A stretch of DNA of 64,000 nt from Chrysomallon squamiferum (taxonomy: Eukaryota > Animalia > Mollusca): the NCBI GenBank assembly GCA_012295275.1, contig CM022671.1:19034001-19098000 (forward strand), given 5' to 3'. The position numbers and the translations under genes were made by a program. Below the pieces are notes generated by a model that was given only the letters and a program-made list of their open reading frames with translations, had not been told where the DNA came from and made no database searches. Below, one piece after another: positions 13,754 to 28,979 of the stretch; position 1 is the first letter of the stretch, and each line of letters begins with the position of its first letter.

Positions 13754-14769
13754 GGAATCTTGATAAATATGTAATTTAATTTGTAACTACATATATATAA
13801 CAAATATATGTTTATATTTTTATTATCCTAATTTTGACATTTGTTATTTTTTTTTTTTTTTATTATTCCTGTGTTTATATACTGTTACACAACTGTTTCT
13901 GTTTTATAACTGTATTCTTGTCTGTTTTGTGTTTATAAGCATGCTGACTTTGGCAAATAAATAAACTGAACTGAAATTGAACTGTAGTAACAGTAGTAGT
14001 AGTAGTAGTAATAGCTGCGGTACTGTGTCATCTCGTTGTTACCTTTTGACTGCGCACACCGTCAACCAGGTAAAACCCAGCTGATGAGTACTGTAATTTT
14101 AATTTCACCCGGAAGCTAAAATTAAAATAATAATTATTCATAACTATATATAATACCTATGACAACAGTTATAATTATCCAGTAGTCTTTTAATTTCTCA
14201 TATGTATTTTCCACTTTTTCGTTTTTGTCTAAAAAATATAATAAACGAACATGAAGTCGCATGTATTCATGCAGAGACAAGTCAATACGAATACAAGTAA
14301 CAATATTCACTAGTCTACGTGTACCCCCTTCTGATATAATTGGATAAGTGCATAATTTACCTGCTTATTACCTACAATCCTTTCAGTCAGCAATTTAAAA
14401 ACCTGAATAAAAAGAAGCAATAATAAGGACCCACTAAACGTGTACGCACATATTTACATAAACGTATATTAACTAATTAATTAATTAATTAATTAATTAA
14501 TGTATTTATTTTTAATTTTTTTTTTTTTTTTTTAAATAAATAACAATATCAAATAAGATTTTGTTTCCCAGTTATTAAAATTAATAACTACTTTTAGATA
14601 ATGCGCTATCTAACCTGGTTTAGATCTTACATCATCGAACTACATATCGCGCCACTACATATTACCCAAACTTTATTTTCATACTTAGGCGACGCCTTCA
14701 ACTGAGTGTAAGGTGAAATTATCACAAAGAAGAAAACCAGTCGTAATCATAACGACGTATAGCCTCTAA

Positions 14770-14850
14770 TCTATCACCCAATCAGCGACGAGCAAAATAA
14801 AACTAACCATTATTAACGTGATAAGCAGACGAGAGTTTTGTAATTAGTAA
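14770..14850 (+). promoter_or_regulatory. Putative core promoter of the BH3 ORF (CCAAT box), repeated in each unit
   Basis: ccaatcag at 14778, about 110 bp upstream of the ORF, in a locally CpG-enriched stretch. TSS not determinable from sequence. Confidence 0.35.
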
Positions 14851-14890
14851 GAATTCTTTGGAGCGAGCATATTAATTATTTAGTTGATAA

Positions 14891-15124
14891 ATGGTTTTTG
14901 TTTATAGTTTTGAAATGCCACATTTTTTCAACATGGAACGTGTTCGCTTTAGAAAAGAAAAAGTTATTGAAAATGAAATACTCACTACAGCCTTAAGGCT
15001 GCGGAATATCGGAGATGAATTGTATAGACGGAGACGAGGTGACAATTACGTGAATATTATTCGTACATTTACGCTGGGATATAAGGTACTGATGTGGACA
15101 CTAAAAATGTATCTGACTCTGTGA
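14891..15124 (+). CDS. Candidate BH3-only protein (HRK/BIK/BIM-like), copy 1
   Basis: 77-aa ORF containing T-A-L-R-L-R-N-I-G-D-E-L (nt 14987-15022), a full BH3 consensus, followed by RRRR and a hydrophobic tail. The true start may be Met9 (14915) or Met15 (14933, caacATGG). Splice donor ttcag|gtaatt at 15166/15167. Confidence 0.8.
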   Translation: MVFVYSFEMPHFFNMERVRFRKEKVIENEILTTALRLRNIGDELYRRRRGDNYVNIIRTFTLGYKVLMWTLKMYLTL

Positions 15125-15189
15125 AAAAACCACAAAAAAAACCAAACGAGACAAACTGTATTTCAGGTAATTATTATTATTATTATTAT

Positions 15190-15221
<32 letters not shown>

Positions 15222-15258
15222 CTACTATTGTTACAAAAAGGAAAAACGTGAACGCGTG

Positions 15259-15651
<393 letters not shown>

Positions 15652-16848
15652 ACACACACACGCACATATATATATAAAATGACTATACAGAGATATGTAT
15701 ATAATATAAAACTTTCTTCAGATCAGACCTAATCGTCTCGTTTTATTTCAGTAACCATTTAATTTCGCCGACGGAACAAATGTCATAGCTGAATGACTAT
15801 CAGCGGACCAGTTGAAAGGTGTTGCCGAGGAACTGTGTTCAACAAAGACGTACAACGTATGACATTATTGTGTTGCCTCTATGCATTATGTGACAATTTA
15901 ACCGCCACCAGCACGTTAACAGTTAACTTGTAATGTAAATGTCAGTTTTAACGTTATATTTTTAATATATAATAATATTTCTCAGTATATTTTCAAAACT
16001 ACATAATGTCACAAGGGCTATCGATTACTGGGGCTGAGGTACTAGGGATTTCAAGAATTCTTAAGAAACGCATTGTTCGAGATGCGCACCTGGACGGAAC
16101 TGACAAATCAAAACGTAACCATTTTTGTTTTTATATTTCTGACGTGAAGAATTAAGAAATGAGCAGTCACGTAAATTATTAACGTGTACCTAAATGTAAA
16201 AAAAAAAAAAAAAAAACATAAAATATTTAGCTATTCATAATGTAAACCATTTAAATATTTTAGGCATATTAATAAAAATTAATTAAAAAACAAAAATAAC
16301 AGCCTTATGGTACAGACAGCGGCAACAATAAATGTTTCAAAAAAAAAGTCACCTGTCAATAATTTAATTATATTGTAAAAAATTATCTTTACGTATTTTA
16401 AATAAAAATGAAAGAAAGAAAGAAAAGAAAAGAAAGAGAAAAAAGAAGAAAAAGAAATTGATTTCGGAAGTTATTTACATTTATACCACAATATAATTAT
16501 CTTTCTTCATATCTGAAAATATCTTATTAATTTCAGTTTTTTGTTTTTCAGAAATATTTTACAATTTTTATGTTTGTATGGTTGGTATTAACCTGTTATT
16601 GTTTTATAATACATTTTATTCCAAAGAAGGGATTTGATATCTTTTTCTTTTTCTTCTTTTCTTTTTAATTTTTAATTTATGTACACAATGGATTATTGTT
16701 TGGAATAATTTTGTTTCTACAATTTTGCAAATAAAAGATAACATTTATTATATTGTTGATGTTTTTATCTTCAGAAATAATGCTTGATAAAAATATGTGA
16801 AAATACAAATCAAAATTACTTCTTCATATTAGAAAATAACTATTATGA

Positions 16849-16970
<122 letters not shown>

Positions 16971-18228
16971 CAGTGGTGGCATTGAAGATGAATTCTATTT
17001 TACATGAAAATGTTTATTTTATAATTATATTATAATTTAAAAGAAATATTTTTACACAAGACCATCTACTTTTAACATAATCAATCTTTTGTCTTCAAAA
17101 ATATAAAACTTTAAGGAATCTTGATAAATATGTAATTTAATTTGTAACTACATATATATAACAAATATATGTTTATATTTTTATTATCCTAATTTTGACA
17201 TTTGTTATTATTTTTTTTTTTTTATTACTCCTGTGTTTATATACTGTTACACAACTGTTTCTGTTTTATAACTGTATTCTTGTTTGTTTTGTGTTTATAG
17301 GCATGCTGACTTTGGCAAATAAATAAACTGAACTGAAATTGAACTGTAGTAACAGTAGTAGTAGTAGTAATAGCTGCGGTACTGTGTCATCTCGTTGTTA
17401 CCTTTTGACTGCGCACACCGTCAACCAGGTAAAACCCAGCTGATGAGTACTGTAATTTTAATTTCACCCGGAAGCTAAAATTAAAATAATAATTATTCAT
17501 AACTATATATAATACCTATGACAACAGTTATAATTATCCAGTAGTCTTTTAATTTCTCATATGTATTTTCCACTTATTCGTTTTTGTCTAAAAAATATAA
17601 TAAACGAACATGAAGTCGCATGTATTCATGCAGAGACAAGTCAATACGAATACAAGTAACAATATTCACTAGTCTACGTGTACCCCCTTCTGATATAATT
17701 GGATAAGTGCATAATTTACCTGCTTATTACCTACAATCCTTTCAGTCAGCAATTTAAAAACCTGAATAAAAAGAAGCAATAATAAGGACCCACTAAACGT
17801 GTTTACATAAACGTATATTAACTAATTAATTAATGTATTAATTTATTTATTTTTAAATATTTTTTTTTTTTAAATAAATAACAATATCAAATAACATTTT
17901 GTTTCCCAGTTATTAAAATTAATAACTACTTTTAGATAATGCGCTATCTAACCTGGTTTAGATCTTACATCATCAAACTACATATCGCGCCACTACATAT
18001 TACCCAAACTTTATTTTCATACTTAGGCGACGCCTTCAACTGAGTGTAAGGTGAAATTATCACAAAGAAGAAAACCAGTCGTAATCATAACGACGTATAG
18101 CCTCTAATCTACCACCCAATCAGCGACGAGCAAAATAAAACTAACCATTATTAACGTGATAAGCAGACGAGAGTTTTGTAATTAGTAAGAATTCTTTGGA
18201 GCGAGCATATTAATTATTTAGTTGATAA

Positions 18229-18462
18229 ATGGTTTTTGTTTATAGTTTTGAAATGCCACATTTTTTCAACATGGAACGTGTTCGCTTTAGAAAAGAAAAA
18301 GTGATTGAAAATGAAATACTCACTACAGCCTTAAGGCTGCGGAATATCGGAGATGAATTGTATAGACGGAGACGAGGTGACAATTACGTGAATATTATTC
18401 GTACATTTACGCTGGGATATAAGGTACTGATGTGGACACTAAAAATGTATCTGACTCTGTGA
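18229..18462 (+). CDS. Candidate BH3-only protein, copy 2
   Basis: Protein identical to copy 1; one synonymous change (Val GTT>GTG). Confidence 0.8.
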   Translation: MVFVYSFEMPHFFNMERVRFRKEKVIENEILTTALRLRNIGDELYRRRRGDNYVNIIRTFTLGYKVLMWTLKMYLTL

Positions 18463-18753
18463 AAAAACCCACAAAAAAACCAAACGAGACAAACTGTATT
18501 TCAGGTAATTATTATTATTATTATTAGTAGTAGTAGTAGTAGTACTACTACTACTATTGTTACAAAAAGGAAAAACGTGAACGCGTGTTAAAGTTTTAAT
18601 ATTTTTTGGAAGACAAAAGATTGATTATGTTAAAGGTAGATGGTCTTGTATACAAATATTTCTTTAAATATCTAGTATCATTATAAAATAAACATTTTCA
18701 TGCAAAATAGAATTCATCTTCAATGCCTCCACTGTCACACACACACAGACACA

Positions 18754-18874
<121 letters not shown>

Positions 18875-20138
18875 AAACCAACAAAAAACAAAACAAGCAC
18901 CAATAGGTCCACTAAGAAGGTTCGATCCTATGTGTCAAGTATCCCACTTGAAAGGCTCTAGCTATCGAGATTAATCCGAATTCACACACACACGCACATA
19001 TATATATAAATGACTATACAGAGATATGTATATAATATAAAACTTTCTTCAGATCAGACCTAATCGTCTCGTTTTATTTCAGTAACCATTTAATTTCGCC
19101 GACGGAACAAATGTCATAGCTGAATGACTATCAGCGGACCAGTTGAAAGGTGTTGCCGAGGAACTGTGTTCAACAAAGACGTACAACGTATGACATTATT
19201 GTGTTGCCTCTATGCATTATGTGACAATTTAACCGCCACCAGCACGTTAACAGTTAACTTGTAATGTAAATGTCAGTTTTAACGTTATATTTTTAATATA
19301 TAATAATATTTCTCAGTATATTTTCAAAACTACATAATGTCACAAGGGCTATCGATTACTGGGGCTGAGGTACTAGGGATTTCAAGAATTCTTAAGAAAC
19401 GCATTGTTCGAGATGCGCACCTGGACGGAACTGACAAATCAAAACGTAACCATTTTTGTTTTTATATTTCTGACGTGAAGAATTAAGAAATGAGCAGTCA
19501 CGTAAATTATTAACGTGTACCTAAATGTAAAAAAAAAAAAAATTAAAACATATAGCTATTCATAATGTAAACCATTTAAATATGTAAATATTAATAAAAA
19601 TTAATTAAAATTAAAATTAGACAGCGGCAACATAAAAAAGTCACCTGTCAATAATTTAATTATATTGTAAAAAATTATCTTTACGTATTTTAAATAAAAA
19701 TGAAAGAAAGAAAGAAAAGAAAAGAAAGAGAAAAAAGAAGAAAAAGAAATTGATTTCGGAAGTTATTTACATTTATACCACAATATAATTATCTTTCTTC
19801 ATATCTGAAAATATCTTATTAATTTCAGTTTTTTGTATTTCAGAAATATTTTACAATTTTTATGTTTGTATGGTTGGTATTAACCTGTTATTGTTTTATA
19901 ATACATTTTATTCCAAAGAAGGGATTTGATATCTTTTTCTTTTTCTTCTTTTCTTTTTAATTTTTAATTTATGTACACAATGGATTATTGTTTGGAATAA
20001 TTTTGTTTCTACAATTTTGCAAATAAAAGATAACATTTATTATATTGTTGATGTTTTTATCTTCAGAAATAATGCTTGATAAAAATATGTGAAAATACAA
20101 ATCAAAATTACTTCTTCATATTAGAAAATAACTATTAT

Positions 20139-20221
<83 letters not shown>

Positions 20222-21518
20222 TGTGTGTGTGTGTGTCTGTGTGTGTGTGTGTGACAGTGGTGGCATTGAAGATGAATTCTATTTTACATGAAAATGTTTA
20301 TTTTATTAATTATATTATAATTTAAAAGAAATATTTTTACACAAGACCATCTACTTTTAACATAATCAATCTTTTGTCTTCAAAAAATATAAAAAACTTT
20401 AAGGAATCTTGATAAATATGTAATTTAATTTGTAACTACATATATATAACAAATATATGTTTATATTTTTATTATCCTAATTTTGACATTTGTTATTTTT
20501 TTTTTTTTTTATTATTCCTGTGTTTATATACTGTTACACAACTGTTTCTGTTTTATAACTGTATTCTTGTTTGTTTTGTGTTTATAGGCATGCTGACTTT
20601 GGCAAATAAATAAACTGAACTGAAATTGAACTGTAGTAACAGTAGTAGTAGTAGTAAATAGCTGCGGTACTGTGTCATCTCGTTGTTACCTTTTGACTGC
20701 GCACACCGTCAACCAGGTAAAACCCAGCTGATGAGTACTGTAATTTTAATTTCACCCGGAAGCTAAAATTAAAATAATAATTATTCATAACTATATATAA
20801 TACCTATGACAACAGTTATAATTATCCAGTAGTCTTTTAATTTCTCATATGTATTTTTTCCACTTATTCGTTTTGTCTAAAAAAATATAATAAACGAACA
20901 TGAAGTCGCATGTATTCATGCAGAGACAAGTCAATACGAATACAAGTAACAATATTCACTAGTCTACGTGTACCCCCTTCTGATATAATTGGATAAGTGC
21001 ATAATTTACCTGCTTATTACCTACAATCCTTTCAGTCAGCAATTTAAAAACCTGAATAAAAAGAAGCAATAATAAGGACCCACTAAACGTGTTTACATAA
21101 ACGTATATTAACTAATTAATTAATGTATTAATTTATTTATTTTTAAATATTTTTTTTTTTTAAATAAATAACAATATCAAATAAGATTTTGTTTCCCAGT
21201 TATTAAAATTAATAACTACTTTTAGATAATGCGCTATCTAACCTGGTTTAGATCTTACATCATCAAACTACATATCGCGCCACTACATATTACCCAAACT
21301 TTATTTTCATACTTAGGCGACGCCTTCAACTGAGTGTAAGGTGAAATTATCACAAAGAAGAAAACCAGTCGTAATCATAACGACGTATAGCCTCTAATCT
21401 ACCACCCAATCAGCGACGAGCAAAATAAAACTAACCATTATTAACGTGATAAGCAGACGAGAGTTTTGTAATTAGTAAGAATTCTTTGGAGCGAGCATAT
21501 TAATTATTTAGTTGATAA

Positions 21519-21752
21519 ATGGTTTTTGTTTATAGTTTTGAAATGCCACATTTTTTCAACATGGAACGTGTTCGCTTTAGAAAAGAAAAAGTGATTGAAA
21601 ATGAAATACTCACTACAGCCTTAAGGCTGCGGAATATCGGAGATGAATTGTATAGACGGAGACGAGGTGACAATTACGTGAATATTATTCGTACATTTAC
21701 GCTGGGATATAAGGTACTGATGTGGACACTAAAAATGTATCTGACTCTGTGA
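21519..21752 (+). CDS. Candidate BH3-only protein, copy 3
   Basis: Protein identical to copies 1 and 2. Confidence 0.78.
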   Translation: MVFVYSFEMPHFFNMERVRFRKEKVIENEILTTALRLRNIGDELYRRRRGDNYVNIIRTFTLGYKVLMWTLKMYLTL

Positions 21753-22044
21753 AAAAACCCACAAAAAAACCAAACGAGACAAACTGTATTTCAGGTAATT
21801 ATTATTATTATTATTAGTAGTAGTAGTAGTAGTAGTACTACTACTACTATTATTACAAAAGGAAAAACGTGAACGCGTGTTAAAAGTTTTAATATTTTTT
21901 GGAAGACAAAAGATTGATTATGTTAAAGGTAGATGGTCTTGTATACAAATATTTCTTTAAATATCTAGTATCATTATAAAATAAACATTTTCATGCAAAA
22001 TAGAATTCATCTTCAATGCCTCCACTGTCACACACACACAGACA

Positions 22045-22157
<113 letters not shown>

Positions 22158-23475
22158 AACCAACAAAAAACAAAACAAGCACCAATAGGTCCACTAAGAA
22201 GGTTCGATCCTATGTGTCAAGTATCCCACTTGAAAGGCTCTAGCTATCGAGATTAATCCGAATTCACACACACACGCACATATATATATAAATGACTATA
22301 CAGAGATATGTATATAATATAAAACTTTCTTCAGATCAGACCTAATCGTCTCGTTTTATTTCAGTAACCATTTAATTTCGCCGACGGAACAAATGTCATA
22401 GCTGAATGACTATCAGCGGACCAGTTGAAAGGTGTTGCCGAGGAACTGTGTTCAACAAAGACGTACAACGTATGACATTATTGTGTTGCCTCTATGCATT
22501 ATGTGACAATTTAACCGCCACCAGCACGTTAACAGTTAACTTGTAATGTAAATGTCAGTTTTAACGTTATATTTTTTAATATATAATAATATTTCTCAGT
22601 ATATTTTCAAAACTACATAATGTCACAAGGGCTATCGATTACTGGGGCTGAGGTACTAGGGATTTCAAGAATTCTTAAGAAACGCATTGTTCGAGATGCG
22701 CACCTGGACGGAACTGACAAATCAAAACGTAACCATTTTTGTTTTTATATTTCTGACGTGAAGAATTAAGAAATGAGCAGTCACGTAAATTATTAACGTG
22801 TACCTAAATGTAAAAAAAAAAAAAATTAAAACATATAGCTATTCATAATGTAAACCATTTAAATATGTAAATATTAATAAAAATTAATTAAAATTAAAAT
22901 TAGACAGCGGCAACATAAAAAATTTTAGGCATTATAATAAGTCAATAAAACAAAAATATATTGTAAAAAAAATTATCTTTACAATATTTTAAAATTTAAA
23001 AAGTAAAATAATTTAAATATTGTAAAAAATTATCTTTACGAAAATAAAAATGAAAGAAAAAAAAGAAAAAAAAAAAAAAAAAAAAAAAGAAATTGATTTC
23101 GGAAGTTATTTACATTTATACCACAATATAATTATCTTTCTTCATATCTGAAAATATCTTATTAATTTCAGTTTTTGTTTTCAGAAATATTTTACAATTT
23201 TTATGTTTGTATGGTTGGTATTAACCTGTTATTGTTTTATAATACATTTTATTCCAAAGAAGGGATTTGATATCTTTTTCTTTTTCTTCTTTTATTTTTA
23301 ATTTTTAATTTATGTACACAATGGATTATTGTTTGGAATAATTTTGTTTCTACAATTTTGCAAATAAAAGATAACATTTATTATATTGTTGATGTTTTTA
23401 TCTTCAGAAATAATGCTTGATAAAAATATGTGAAAATACAAATCAAAATTACTTCTTCATATTAGAAAATAACTA

Positions 23476-23592
<117 letters not shown>

Positions 23593-24885
23593 TGTGTGTG
23601 TGTGTGTGTCTGTGTGTGTGTGTGACAGTGGTGGCATTGAAGATGAATTCTATTTTACATGAAAATGTTTATTTTATAATTATATTATAATTTAAAAGAA
23701 ATATTTTTACACAAGACCATCTACTTTTAACATAATCAATCTTTTGTCTTCAAAAAATATAAAAACTTTAAGGAATCTTGATAAATATGTAATTTAATTT
23801 GTAACTACATATATATAACAAATATATGTTTATATTTTTATTATCCTAATTTTGACATTTGTTATTATTTTTTTTATTTATTACTCCTGTGTTTATATAC
23901 TGTTACACAACTGTTTCTGTTTTATAACTGTATTCTTGTTTGTTTTGTGTTTATAGGCATGCTGACTTTGGCAAATAAATAAACTGAACTGAAATTGAAC
24001 TGTAGTAACAGTAGTAGTAGTAGTAATAGCTGCGGTACTGTGTCATCTCGTTGTTACCTTTTGACTGCGCACACCGTCAACCAGGTAAAACCCAGCTGAT
24101 GAGTACTGTAATTTTAATTTCACCCGGAAGCTAAAATTAAAATAATAATTATTCATAACTATATATAATACCTATGACAACAGTTATAATTATCCAGTAG
24201 TCTTTTAATTTCTCATATGTATTTTCCACTTTTTCGTTTTTGTCTAAAAAATATAATAAACGAACATGAAGTCGCATGTATTCATGCAGAGACAAGTCAA
24301 TACGAATACAAGTAACAATATTCACTAGTCTACGTGTACCCCCTTCTGATATAATTGGATAAGTGCATAATTTACCAGCTTATTACCTACAATCCTTTCA
24401 GTCAGCAATTTAAAAACCTGAATAAAAAGAAGCAATAATAAGGACCCACTAAACGTGTTTACATAAACGTATATTAACTAATTAATTAATGTATTAATTT
24501 ATTTATTTTTAAATATTTTTTTTTTTTAAATAAATAACAATATCAAATAACATTTTGTTTCCCAGTTATTAAAATTAATAACTACTTTTAGATAATGCGC
24601 TATCTAACCTGGTTTAGATCTTACATCATCAAACTACATATCGCGCCACTACATATTACCCAAACTTTATTTTCATACTTAGGCGACGCCTTCAACTGAG
24701 TGTAAGGTGAAATTATCACAAAGAAGAAAAACCAATCGTAATTATAACAACGTGTAGCCTCTAATCTACCACCCAATCAGCGACGAGCAAAATAAAACTA
24801 ACCATTATTAACGTGATAAGCAGACGAGAGTTTTGTAATTAGTAAGAATTCTTTGGAGCGAGCATATTAATTATTTAGTTGATAA

Positions 24886-25119
24886 ATGGTTTTTGTTTAT
24901 AGTTTTGAAATGCCACATTTTTTCAACATGGAACGTGTTCGCTTTAGAAAAGAAAAAGTGATTGAAAATGAAATACTCACTACAGCCTTAAGGCTGCGGA
25001 ATATCGGAGATGAATTGTATAGACGGAGACGAGGTGACAATTACGTGAATATTATTCGTACATTTACGCTGGGATATAAGGTACTGATGTGGACACTAAA
25101 AATATATCTAACTCTGTGA
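24886..25119 (+). CDS. Candidate BH3-only protein, copy 4
   Basis: One substitution (M73I, ATG>ATA) and a synonymous CTG>CTA; BH3 motif unchanged. Confidence 0.8.
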   Translation: MVFVYSFEMPHFFNMERVRFRKEKVIENEILTTALRLRNIGDELYRRRRGDNYVNIIRTFTLGYKVLMWTLKIYLTL

Positions 25120-25193
25120 AAAAAACCCACAAAAAAAACAAACGAGACAAACTGTATTTCAGGTAATTATTATTATTATTATTATTATTATTA

Positions 25194-25240
<47 letters not shown>

Positions 25241-25455
25241 CTACTACTACTATTGTTACAAAAAGGAAAAACGTGAACGCGTGTTAAAGTGTTTATATAT
25301 TTTGGAAGACAAAAGATTGATTATGTTAAAGGTAGATGGTCTTGTATACAAATATTTCTTTAAATATGATACTCTAGTATCATTATAAAATAAACATTTT
25401 CATGCAAAATAGAATTAATCTTCAATGCCTCCACTGTCACACACACACAGACACA

Positions 25456-25579
<124 letters not shown>

Positions 25580-26846
25580 TACACACACACATTAAAAAAC
25601 CAACAAAAAACAAAACAAACACCAATAGGTCCACTAAGAAGGTCCTAATCGTCTCGTTTTATTTCAGTAACCATTTAATTTCGCGGACGGAACAAATGTC
25701 ATAGCTGAATGACTATCAGCGGACCAGTTGAAAGGTGTTGCCGAGGAACTGTGTTCAACAAAGACGTACAACGTATGACATTATTGTGTTGCCTCTATGC
25801 ATTATGTGACAATTTAACCGCCACCAGCACGTTAACAGTTAACTTGTAATGTAAATGTCAGTTTTAACGTTATATTTTTAATATATAATAATATTTCTCA
25901 GTATATTTTCTAAACTACATAATGTCACAAGGGCTATCGATTACTAGGGCTGAGGTACTAGGGATTTCAAGAATTCTTTAGAAACGCATTGTTCGAGATG
26001 CGCACCTGGACGGAACTGACAAATCAAAACGTAACCATTTTTGTTTTTATATTTCTGACGTGAAGAATTAAGAAATGAGCAGAGTCACGTAATAAGTTAC
26101 TTTTATTAACGTGTACCTAAATGTAAAAAAAAATTAAAACATATAGCTGTTCATAATGTAAACCATTTAAATATGTAAATATTAATAAAAATTAATTAAA
26201 ATTAAAATTAGACAGCGGCAACATAATCATAATTTTAGGCATTATAATAAGAAAAATTCTGTTAATAAAACAAAAATAACAGCCTTATGGTACAGAAGAA
26301 GAATTTGTATTATTAATGCAATAAATATTTCGAAATTTAAAAAATCACCTGTCAATAATTTAATTATATTGTAAAAAATTATCTTTACGTATTTTAAATA
26401 AAAATGAAAGAAAGAAAGAAAAGAAAAGAAAGAGAAAAAAGAAGAAAAAGAAATTGATTTCGGAAGTTATTTACATTTATACCACAATATAATTATCTTT
26501 CTTCATATCTGAAAATATCTTATTAATTTCAGTTTTTTGTATTTCAGAAATATTTTACAATTTTTGTGTTTGTATGGTTGGTATTAACCTGTTATTGTTT
26601 TATAATACATTTTATTCCAAAGGAGGGATTTGATATCTTTTTCTTTTTCTTCTTTTATTTTTAATTTTTAATTTATGTACACAATGGATTATTGTTTGGA
26701 ATAATTTTGTTTTCTACAATTTTGCAAATAAAAGATAACGTTTATTATATTGTTGATGTTTTTATCTTCAGAAATAATGCTTGATGAAAATATGTGAAAA
26801 GACAAATCAAAATTACTTCTTCATATTAGAAAATAACTATTATGAG

Positions 26847-26906
<60 letters not shown>

Positions 26907-26961
26907 TTAATGCTAAACACCAAAGGATCCATTTTTTCTTATTTCCTTATTTTTTCTTCTT

Positions 26962-26992
<31 letters not shown>

Positions 26993-27723
26993 TTATTATT
27001 ATTATTAATGTATTTTATGTTTTTTTAACATAAAAAAAATGCTCTTACCACGTTTTATATTAAATACAAGAAACCTTATGCTGTGCATTACGTCTGCAAA
27101 TGAAATATTCACGTATTAAAATATTATAATTTGTATAAATAAAGAATAACTTCTGTATTGCTGAGAAATATTTATATGAAAGGTCGTGTCCCCATAAGGT
27201 CAAATTAGTTCATGAAGGTTCTTAAAGAAACAAATGATATTTATCAAACGGGTCAAGTAAGCATTATTACATCACTAATGTTTTTGTGACACATAGATGA
27301 CAAAGCTGGGGTGGGGAACAGACTTTTTTATTCTTAGTTAAAGAAAAGCCAAAGGTTAACTGAGAATATTTTATTCATTACAATCAGTTACTAATAATAG
27401 TTATTATTATTATTATTATTATTGTATAGTTCATTCATTCATTCCCACGTGCCAGTTAAAAATAAAAATTTCAATTAATAATAAAATGTGATATTTAGGT
27501 ACCATAGCAAACAAAACGACAGAAACAGAACAATACTTTTTAACTGTTATGAAGAACTCTGAGGGAGGTTGTTCAATTTTAATAATATTACTACGGAAAA
27601 AATTCTGTTCGATTTAAATTAATAGGAGAAATCAACAGGTAGTTGTATAAAGGTAGGTATTAACTTTTATACAACTGCCTGTTCATTTCACAGTTTTAAC
27701 TTGCTATTTTTTAAAGTAAGGGG

Positions 27724-27982
27724 CATTGGCATGCAGAGGGGGCCGAAGGGGCGGTGGTCCCGGGCATCCCAAATGGTGGGGGGCATCCAATCAGAGAAAA
27801 GACCTTAATAAATTTAGTCGATTTATATTTGAATCGAATAAAGTGGGGGTTTTTTTATGTTTCATCTGTGTTTACATATTTAAAATATCCTTCTTTCTCA
27901 TAATATTTCTCTGTACTTAAGTCTTTGGGGCATGCAGTCAAGCAGTTGGCCCCGGGCATCACCAGACCTCTGCACGCCACTG
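27724..27982. mobile_element. Second copy of the hAT-type MITE
   Basis: Matches 8889-9161 (gagggggccgaagggg...gggggcatccaa...ccgggcatcaccagacctctgca.gccactg). TSD decayed (gtaagggg / gtgagagt). Confidence 0.8.
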
Positions 27983-28979
27983 GTGAGAGTATGTGTGTGT
28001 CTTTGTGTAAAGAGAAACAGACATATAAAGAGGAGGTAGTTTTCTTAATATACAGTTAGACAGAAATAACAATTAATGTTCAGTAGTAACGTTATTTATT
28101 TATGAAGTGACGGTAAGAAAGAAATGTACCACAAAATAAGAATTATTTCCCTTTATCGATGATGCTTGCAGCAATATTGTGCAATTTCAAAGCTGTTTTA
28201 AATAACGTCCATACAGACATTATTTTTGTTTTGAACAATTTCTCGGTGTACGATATCATTTACTATTTTGAATCGTACAAAACTACACACTACTGTAACG
28301 ATGACAAATCAGTTTACCACAGACGCTAAATCTAAGAAACACTTGTCTGCCAACTGCTGTTAGTATTAATCGACGGACGCGTCTATTAAAACTATATTAT
28401 AATTTTTGGATATTAAGTAATATAAAAGTAAGTAACATTTAAATTTCTTTAGTTCTATTACTGTCCAAGGAAATGTCAGATGTCTTTATTATTACATTTA
28501 CAGGACCAAATCTAAAGATCATGCAAAAAAGCAATTACCGTATTTATTGTTTAAAACGTGATGATTCGTAATACCAACAGAAAATAATGCTTTGTCTTTA
28601 AAGCCATATTCCATAGTGCATATGACTTTATTTTCATTACTGAATTAAATTCAGTTTTATATATATAGCCCATTAATATTCATTTTGAAATTTAAAAAAA
28701 AAAAATAATAAATTTAATCAGTCTTTCGACAAGAAATAGGCCTTTTCTTGTTTTCTTATATAATATATATGTATTTTAAAACATTAATTTGGAAATTTGG
28801 AAAATATCTATATATAAATTCTAGTTATACTGTAAAACGTCAAGGTAATGCTCAATTACATTATTATATTCAATTTTTTTTCAAAAAAAAAAAAAAAAAA
28901 AAAGTATTGTGTAATGTGTTTCTGTATATTATTTACCTTTTTTCTTTTTTCTATTTCTTTTTTTTTATCAGAAGAAATA

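Noticed and set aside
15797-15835. Second BH3-like string LSADQLKGVAEEL in the predicted 3' exon
   Set aside because: It lacks the invariant Asp, is immediately preceded by an in-frame TGA, has no start codon, and its frame begins with TAA at the acceptor. Likely chance, though a decayed duplicate cannot be excluded.
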